DNA of 64,000 nucleotides, taken from assembly GCA_964355955.1 (NCBI GenBank), contig CAYHFQ010000002.1, forward strand, positions 2,338 to 66,337. Reading direction: 5' to 3'. The notes beneath the pieces were generated by a model. The model had not been told where the DNA came from. It worked only from the letters and a program-made list of their open reading frames with translations, and did not search any database. Below are positions 58,574-64,000 of this stretch, in pieces. The position numbers and the translations under genes are program-made. How positions within the stretch are numbered: position 1 is the first letter of the stretch; every line of letters starts with the position of its first letter. Source of the DNA: an uncultured Gammaproteobacteria bacterium. GTDB taxonomy: Bacteria; Patescibacteriota; Patescibacteriia; UBA9934.

Positions 58574-58612
58574 GTGGCCTCATGGTACTCCAAATTGGTG
58601 ATGTTTACAAAC

Positions 58613-58639
58613 AAAAATCCCCCACTTGCGTGAGAGATT
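58613..58639 (-). terminator. Intrinsic terminator after rpsI
   Basis: Minus strand AATCTCTCAC-GCAA-GTGGGGGATT-TTT (GNRA loop, G-U pairs). Confidence 0.75.
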
Positions 58640-58656
58640 CCTGCTGGATAAGCGAA

Positions 58657-59052
58657 TTAACGCTTGCGCCACTGTGGTGAACGGCGAGCACCGTGCTTAC
58701 CGAACTTCTTGCGCTCCTTCTTGCGAGGATCGCGGGTCAAGAGGCTCTGGGCCTTCAAGGTTGCTTTGAGCGCTTCATCCATCATGACGAGGGCGCGAGC
58801 AATACCGAGCTTTACAGCGTCGGACTGACCGGTTGGGCCACCACCGACGGTCTTGACGGTGACGTCCATGCTGGTCAAGTTACCCGTTTCCTTGAGTGGG
58901 CGTTCAACTGAAGCCTGCAAGGTTGGGGTGGTGAAGAACTCCTGATATGGTTTACCGTTGACGGTGATCTTACCACTACCAGCTGGGTACAAACGCACCT
59001 GAGCTACTGCAGTCTTACGACGACCGACGGATTGGAAATACTTTTCAGCCAT
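58657..59052 (-). CDS. rpsI: 30S ribosomal protein S9
   Basis: GRRKTAVA, GGG, RDPRKKERKK. Confidence 0.97.
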   Translation of the reverse strand: MAEKYFQSVGRRKTAVAQVRLYPAGSGKITVNGKPYQEFFTTPTLQASVERPLKETGNLTSMDVTVKTVGGGPTGQSDAVKLGIARALVMMDEALKATLKAQSLLTRDPRKKERKKFGKHGARRSPQWRKR

Positions 59053-59053
59053 A

Positions 59054-59422
59054 TTAGGAAATTGACAACCGCTTCATGCGGTTCGTGCGGTGCTTGTTCT
59101 TAGGAAGCATACGTGACACGGCAGCGCGGAGGACGGATGCTGGATCCTTTTCCCACATCACACGCATGGTGGTCTCGTGAATACCGCCTGGGTGACCACT
59201 GTGATGGAAGTACTTCTTGTCTTCGTACTTTTTGCCCGTCACCTTGATTCCGGCGCAGTTGGTCACGACGACCAGGTTGCCAGCGTCGACGTTTGGCTGA
59301 TAGACAGCACTGGTTTTGCCCACCAGGTTCATGGCAATTTGTGTTGCCAAGCGACCGAGGATTTTGCCAGTAGCGTCGAAGGCCACCGTCTTACGGACTG
59401 GATTGATTATTGTGTTTGCCAT
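59054..59422 (-). CDS. rplM: 50S ribosomal protein L13
   Basis: DA.GKILGRLA, HHSGHPGG, RMLPKN. Confidence 0.96.
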   Translation of the reverse strand: MANTIINPVRKTVAFDATGKILGRLATQIAMNLVGKTSAVYQPNVDAGNLVVVTNCAGIKVTGKKYEDKKYFHHSGHPGGIHETTMRVMWEKDPASVLRAAVSRMLPKNKHRTNRMKRLSIS

Positions 59423-59424
59423 AT

Positions 59425-59775
59425 TTAGACGAATTCGATGAGCGCCAAGTCAGCTGCATCACCCTTACGAGCACCGAGTTTGGTGATTCGTGTGTAGCCG
59501 CCAGTGCGAGTGAGGAAACGAGGACCGAGAACTTCGAGCAACTTCTTCACTGGCTGTTCAGTCGTGAAGTAGCCGAGCAAAGCGCGGCGGGTTGCCAAGT
59601 CGTTCTTGCGGGCCATGGTGACCAACTTCTCCACTGCTGGACGAGCATACTTAGCACGAGCGATGGTGGTTTCAATCTTTTCGTAGGTGATAAGACTGGT
59701 CACCAAGTCGCGTAACATTGCTTTGCGGCCAGAAGTGTGGCGACTAAAGGTTTTCTTATTTTTACGATGTCGCAT
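59425..59775 (-). CDS. rplQ: 50S ribosomal protein L17
   Basis: MRHR, GGYTRI.K..RKGDAA. Confidence 0.97.
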   Translation of the reverse strand: MRHRKNKKTFSRHTSGRKAMLRDLVTSLITYEKIETTIARAKYARPAVEKLVTMARKNDLATRRALLGYFTTEQPVKKLLEVLGPRFLTRTGGYTRITKLGARKGDAADLALIEFV

Positions 59776-59780
59776 ACGTG

Positions 59781-60524
59781 TTAGCCTTCGGCCGAAGCAT
59801 CAGATGCTTTCGCGATCTGTTCGGTGAGTGAGGCGTGGCTAAGCTGGCTTTGAATCCAGGTGAAGTGATTGAGAAGAATTTTGGTGGCGTGTTCAACAGC
59901 TTCTTGGGCCGTCACCGTGCCGTCCGTGATGATGTTCATGATGACCTTGTCGTAGTTGGTGATTTCACCGACACGGGTGTTTTCAATGCGGATACCGCAC
60001 TGACGCACCGGGCTGAACAAAGCGTCAACGCCGATCATACCAATCTCTGTGTTTGGTACTTCGCGTTCCTCGGTTGGCATATAACCGCGGCCACGGGAGA
60101 CCACGATGTCCATTTCGAAGTTGATGCTGTCAGTCAAGGTACAAAGGACCAAGTCTGGGTTCATGATTTCCACGTCAGCGTTGGCTGAGATGTCGGCGGC
60201 AGTGATGACGCCTGGCTTGCTAGCAGTAACTTTGAGGGACACCGGTTCTTCCGAGTGGACCTTCAAGCGCAACTGTTTCAAGTTCAACATGATTTCCAAA
60301 CCGTCTTCTTTGACACCAGTGATGGCGGCAAACTCATGCTGCACACCCTTGATCTTCATGGCCGTAACTGCGGCACCAGGCAAAGACGAGAGCAAGACGC
60401 GGCGAAGTGCATTGCCCACTGTCGTACCGTAACCGTGATGGAGAGGCTCGATAGTGAGAATAGCTTCGTGCTCGTGTTCGCCGGCAGTGAAGTACATCTT
60501 TGACGGAAGAAGAATGTTCTCCAT
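59781..60524 (-). CDS. rpoA: RNA polymerase alpha subunit, lacking the C-terminal domain
   Basis: EPL..GYGTTVGNALRRVLLSSLPG, HEF, GRGY, DALFSPV; only 247 aa. Confidence 0.96.
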   Translation of the reverse strand: MENILLPSKMYFTAGEHEHEAILTIEPLHHGYGTTVGNALRRVLLSSLPGAAVTAMKIKGVQHEFAAITGVKEDGLEIMLNLKQLRLKVHSEEPVSLKVTASKPGVITAADISANADVEIMNPDLVLCTLTDSINFEMDIVVSRGRGYMPTEEREVPNTEIGMIGVDALFSPVRQCGIRIENTRVGEITNYDKVIMNIITDGTVTAQEAVEHATKILLNHFTWIQSQLSHASLTEQIAKASDASAEG

Positions 60525-60536
60525 AGGATGATGGGA

Positions 60537-61160
60537 TTAGCGCATCGAGTAAAACTCGACGATTAGCTTAGGATCAAACACTTCCTTAAGGTCCTCGCCT
60601 GCCGGAATGCTGACCACTTTGCCCACATTGTTTTCCATATGGAGCCAACCAGGAACGGTTGTGGTCTTCAAACGATCACTGAGGTCGCTGAATACTTTCT
60701 TTTCCTTCTTGTTTTCGCGGAGGCCGACGACGTCACCGACACGGACCTGGTATGAAGGGATGTTAACCTTGATACCGTTGACCGTGAACATGCCGTGGCT
60801 GACCATCTGACGAGCCTGTGGACGAGTCTTGGCGAAACCGAGACGGAAGGCTGTGTTGTCCAAGCGGAGCTCGAGCAAACGACACAACTGTTCACCGGTG
60901 TTACCTTCCATCTTCTCCGCCTTGGCGAAGTAGTTGCGGAACTGACGCTCCATCATGCCGTACAAACGCTTGGCCTTTTGCTTCTCACGCAACTGCTGGC
61001 CGTAGACCGAGAGACGTGATGGGCGACCCATGTTCTTCTTGCCGTGCACACCCGGTGGGTATGGACGCTTCTGCATGAGCTTGAGGATGCTGGAACTCGT
61101 GGAAAGTGGGACGCCTTCACGACGACTCATTTTGCCGAGCTTATTTAATGTTTTTCCCAT
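60537..61160 (-). CDS. rpsD: 30S ribosomal protein S4
   Basis: QLREKQK, LE.RLDN, ARQMVSHG, VEFYS. Confidence 0.97.
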   Translation of the reverse strand: MGKTLNKLGKMSRREGVPLSTSSSILKLMQKRPYPPGVHGKKNMGRPSRLSVYGQQLREKQKAKRLYGMMERQFRNYFAKAEKMEGNTGEQLCRLLELRLDNTAFRLGFAKTRPQARQMVSHGMFTVNGIKVNIPSYQVRVGDVVGLRENKKEKKVFSDLSDRLKTTTVPGWLHMENNVGKVVSIPAGEDLKEVFDPKLIVEFYSMR

Positions 61161-61163
61161 AGA

Positions 61164-61631
61164 TTACATGCGACGTGCTCGACGTGGACGGCAGCCGTTG
61201 TGGGCTACTGGCGTCAAGTCGTTGATCGAGAGAACGTTGAAACCGTTGCCGTTCAAAGCGCGCAAGGCTCCGTCGCGGCCGTTGCCGATACCACTGACGA
61301 AAACGTGCAAATCCTTGAGTCCGTACACGGCGCTGGCCTCGGCAATCTTTTTGACGATGACGCTAGCGGCGTATGGAGTGGCCTTCTTCGGACCTTTGAA
61401 ACCACAGTTACCGGCGCTTGACCAGGTGACAGTGTTACCATTTGGATCCGTCAAAGTTACGATTGTGTTGTTAAAGCTGGCTTGGATGTAAGCGCGGCCT
61501 TGGGGAATGGTGCGCATCACGCGCTTCTTACCCTTAGCTGTGCGGAGCGTCTTGTCGGCCTTGCCCTTGGCTACTGGAGCCTTGGCGTCGGCAACTTCCG
61601 CTACTTTGTCTTTGATAATTTCTTCAGTCAT
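61164..61631 (-). CDS. rpsK: 30S ribosomal protein S11
   Basis: ASFNNTIVT, TPYAA, HNGCRP. Confidence 0.97.
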   Translation of the reverse strand: MTEEIIKDKVAEVADAKAPVAKGKADKTLRTAKGKKRVMRTIPQGRAYIQASFNNTIVTLTDPNGNTVTWSSAGNCGFKGPKKATPYAASVIVKKIAEASAVYGLKDLHVFVSGIGNGRDGALRALNGNGFNVLSINDLTPVAHNGCRPRRARRM

Positions 61632-61639
61632 AGCAGGGC

Positions 61640-62026
61640 TTAGGTCTTGGTTAACATGCGGCGACCACTTCCGGCCGTCTTACGAACGTTGCCACGTACT
61701 GTACGTGAGTTCGACTTGGTGCGTTGACCACGAACCGGCAAACCCTTGGAATGACGGGAACCGCGGTAAGAACCAATGTCCTTAAGACGCTTGATGTGGC
61801 CCATGACTTCGCGGCGCAATTCACCTTCGACGCGGAATTCCTTTTCCACAATCGTGCGGATGGCGTTTTCCTCGTCTGGGGTCAAATCCTTAACGCGAGT
61901 TTCTGGACTTACCTTCGAGCGGGTAAGAATGTCAGCTGCACGGGTCTCACCGACTCCAAAAATGTATTGGAGGGCAATGACGATGCGCTTGTTGTTTGGG
62001 AGTGTTACTCCAGCAATACGTGCCAT
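61640..62026 (-). CDS. rpsM: 30S ribosomal protein S13
   Basis: [21 protein letters not shown]. Confidence 0.97.
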   Translation of the reverse strand: MARIAGVTLPNNKRIVIALQYIFGVGETRAADILTRSKVSPETRVKDLTPDEENAIRTIVEKEFRVEGELRREVMGHIKRLKDIGSYRGSRHSKGLPVRGQRTKSNSRTVRGNVRKTAGSGRRMLTKT

Positions 62027-62029
62027 AGA

Positions 62030-62146
62030 CTAACCTTGACGTTGTTTATGCTTCGGACTCTTGGGACAAATGACGTGGACTCGACCCTGGCGGCGCACCA
62101 CCTGGCAGTCGCGACACATCGGCTTCACTGATGCACGAACTTTCAT
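62030..62146 (-). CDS. rpmJ: 50S ribosomal protein L36 (below the ORF-track length cutoff)
   Basis: Translated by hand: [38 protein letters not shown]. Confidence 0.95.
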   Translation of the reverse strand: MKVRASVKPMCRDCQVVRRQGRVHVICPKSPKHKQRQG

Positions 62147-62188
62147 ACGCAAATTAATTGACTACTAGTTCTTAACTGTGTCTTACGA

Positions 62189-62220
62189 CAAAATCATCCG
62201 GCAAACGGGGGATGATTTTG
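62189..62220 (-). terminator. Hairpin between infA and rpmJ
   Basis: CAAAATCATCC...GGATGATTTTG. Confidence 0.55.
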
Positions 62221-62244
62221 ACGAAGGATGTCATGCCTTCCCGC

Positions 62245-62460
62245 CTAGAAACGGAAAGTGATGCGTCCTTTTGTGAGATCATACGGACTGATCTCAACTT
62301 TGACATCGTCACCCGGCAGGATACGAATGCGATTTTGGCGCATTTTACCCGACAAGTGAGCGAGAATCTCTTGGTCGTTCTCGAGGGTTACTCGGAACGA
62401 GCCTGCAGGTAAGGCCTCCATGACCTCTCCCCGCATCTCAATAAACTGCTTTTCTACCAT
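62245..62460 (-). CDS. infA: Translation initiation factor IF-1
   Basis: EALP, HLSGKMR, RILPGD.V.VE.SPYDL.KGRI. Confidence 0.97.
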   Translation of the reverse strand: MVEKQFIEMRGEVMEALPAGSFRVTLENDQEILAHLSGKMRQNRIRILPGDDVKVEISPYDLTKGRITFRF

Positions 62461-62557
62461 AGTGTAGCGGGACTATAGCAAATCTTCGCTATCTTTGCAA
62501 GAAAAGCTTGGTTTCCTGAGCTGGCGCAATGGTACTTCATGTAGATATTAGTGTCAA

Positions 62558-63412
62558 TTATTTAGCCTTATTTCTAATAAATAAGTTTTTTATATCTTTT
62601 CCCAGATTTCTGACATTCTCCAAGAATGACTTTGCGGGACGTAATTCGGCTGGCTCCGCAATTTTTGCAGTTCTAAGCTCTAATGGTAAAACTGGTGGTC
62701 GAGCCCCTTCTTCATTCACAACCAAACGCTTAAAATCTGCTAAATTATTAATTTTGATTATATTTGGAAAGCCTTCCATGCCTGCTCTACCTTGCATTTT
62801 AGTGTTCAGAGCCCAGTAATCCTTAAAAGCCTGGTAACGATCTTCTGGCGTCATTTGCTCATTTTTAACCTCTGCCATCAACCGACGTTTTTCCAAATTC
62901 TGCGCATCCCTCTCCTGCCTATCAGGACTAAGACTTGGCCTTGTCATAGCCATTAATTCGTCGTCCTGAACTGGCTCGGGTTCTGGCTCTGGCTCAGGCT
63001 CGCCTCGCAACTGACGCAATTTCTGGCTTGCTCTCGCCCTATCTCTTGCCACTAGTGCCTTGTCTGCTTTTGAAGTTTTCCTCAGGCTCTCATTGTGAAG
63101 TTTATCAGCGTCTGCCCACAAGTTGAATTCCATTAAACTCAATTCCTTATCAACAGATGGCAAATGAGCCGATACTTCCACGCCACCACCTCCAGCTAAA
63201 GACGCCTGTCTGTATGCGACGTAGGCATCATAGCGCTCCTCCAGTGGCGATGCTTCATTCAAAATCTTACTCTCTGCCTCCATTTTCACCGCTTTCCACT
63301 TTCGCTCATTTTCTCGCCGACTTGCCCTCGCCTCTTTCTCCGCTGGTGATAATTCATGATACGTCTTTGGAAGCTCACCTCGCTGAGTCTTACTCATTAC
63401 ATCATTTGCCAT
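62558..63412 (-). CDS. Hypothetical charged protein with (EP)n linker and internal duplication
   Basis: EPEPEPEPEP; two similar units KMEAE...SPLEERYDAY and MAEVK...TPEDRYQAF. Confidence 0.7.
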   Translation of the reverse strand: MANDVMSKTQRGELPKTYHELSPAEKEARASRRENERKWKAVKMEAESKILNEASPLEERYDAYVAYRQASLAGGGGVEVSAHLPSVDKELSLMEFNLWADADKLHNESLRKTSKADKALVARDRARASQKLRQLRGEPEPEPEPEPVQDDELMAMTRPSLSPDRQERDAQNLEKRRLMAEVKNEQMTPEDRYQAFKDYWALNTKMQGRAGMEGFPNIIKINNLADFKRLVVNEEGARPPVLPLELRTAKIAEPAELRPAKSFLENVRNLGKDIKNLFIRNKAK

Positions 63413-63429
63413 AATACATGATTAACTCA

Positions 63430-63768
63430 TTATTCTCCCCAACCAAACATCTTCGCCCACCATCCCCCAATGCCCTTACTTACTCTCTTTTCTTCAACAG
63501 CTGGCGAGAACGTCGGCAGATCTCCGGTGTCAAATGTATCCTCAGCCCTGTGCGCTTCACCTGGTGGAGCCTGATCGATACTCTGCCGTATAGCTCTCGC
63601 CTTAGCTGCTTCTAATCTCGCCATAGCGATCTCCGCATATGGTTGCTTAACAGGTTTTTGCTCACGAATCGTTTTAAACTCTCCCTCATAACCAGGCAGC
63701 TCTGCTCTCCCGCCAAACCTAAGCTCAACCACTTCTCCCTGTCGCGGTGACAAAATATCATCTTCCAT
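63430..63768 (-). CDS. Hypothetical protein with amphipathic C-terminus
   Basis: Ends KGIGGWWAKMFGWGE. Confidence 0.65.
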   Translation of the reverse strand: MEDDILSPRQGEVVELRFGGRAELPGYEGEFKTIREQKPVKQPYAEIAMARLEAAKARAIRQSIDQAPPGEAHRAEDTFDTGDLPTFSPAVEEKRVSKGIGGWWAKMFGWGE

Positions 63769-63778
63769 ATATTATCAA

Positions 63779-64000
63779 TTACTTCTTCTCGCTACTCCCA
63801 AACATCATCTTAAGCCAACTCTTGATACCTTCAATCATCCCCTTGCCAGGCTTCCGTTCTCCATTCCCACCATAACTCTTCTCCCAACCTGAGTCACCCA
63901 TTCCTGTACTGATCTTTTGTACCTTACTTTTTCCTGCATCTAAATTCTTGGTCTGTTCCTTCTTAACCGATTTTCTAACATCACTCTTCCCTACATCTGG
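63779..64000 (-). CDS. Hypothetical protein, 5'-partial
   Basis: Open frame to window edge, ends KGMIEGIKSWLKMMFGSSEKK*. Confidence 0.65.
   Translation of the reverse strand, partial: PDVGKSDVRKSVKKEQTKNLDAGKSKVQKISTGMGDSGWEKSYGGNGERKPGKGMIEGIKSWLKMMFGSSEKK

Overview
Bacterial chromosome segment, genetic code 11. Gene content and style (few Shine-Dalgarno sites, AT-rich 'tATG' starts, short RpoA, orphan giant proteins) suggest Patescibacteria/CPR; this taxonomy is inferred. Housekeeping blocks: UvrD-nuclease fusion, mreBCD-pbp2, greA-lysS-serS-alr-ftsQ-like-bcp, gltX, CIRCE-controlled clpB, ppa, priA-def-fmt, a polysaccharide cluster and the infA-rpmJ-rpsMKD-rpoA-rplQ-rplM-rpsI operon. Accessory region 1 (6.3-15.7 kb) is a Sec-signal SpvB/FG-GAP/YD (TcB-TcC fused, teneurin-like) toxin with a Tox-GHH tip, SUKH immunity, an orphan toxin cassette and a poly-immunity tail. 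Accessory region 2 (37.3-52.9 kb) has two giant paralogues ending in a phosphodiester-glycosidase-like domain, then DUF2779, two RhuM genes, DUF2075, Doc, MazG-like, NYN and Fic genes. The most unusual signals are non-coding. Both rhuM genes carry an in-frame palindrome at the same motif. An intergenic cluster of three palindromes (51798-51896) reads like isolated RhuM- and DinD-type coding palindromes. A promoter-driven ~60-nt structured RNA candidate faces the NYN RNase gene. A 13-bp-period palindromic repeat sits in-frame in housekeeping genes, and there is a 490-bp hairpin-rich gap. Family assignments come from motif recognition, not database searches.
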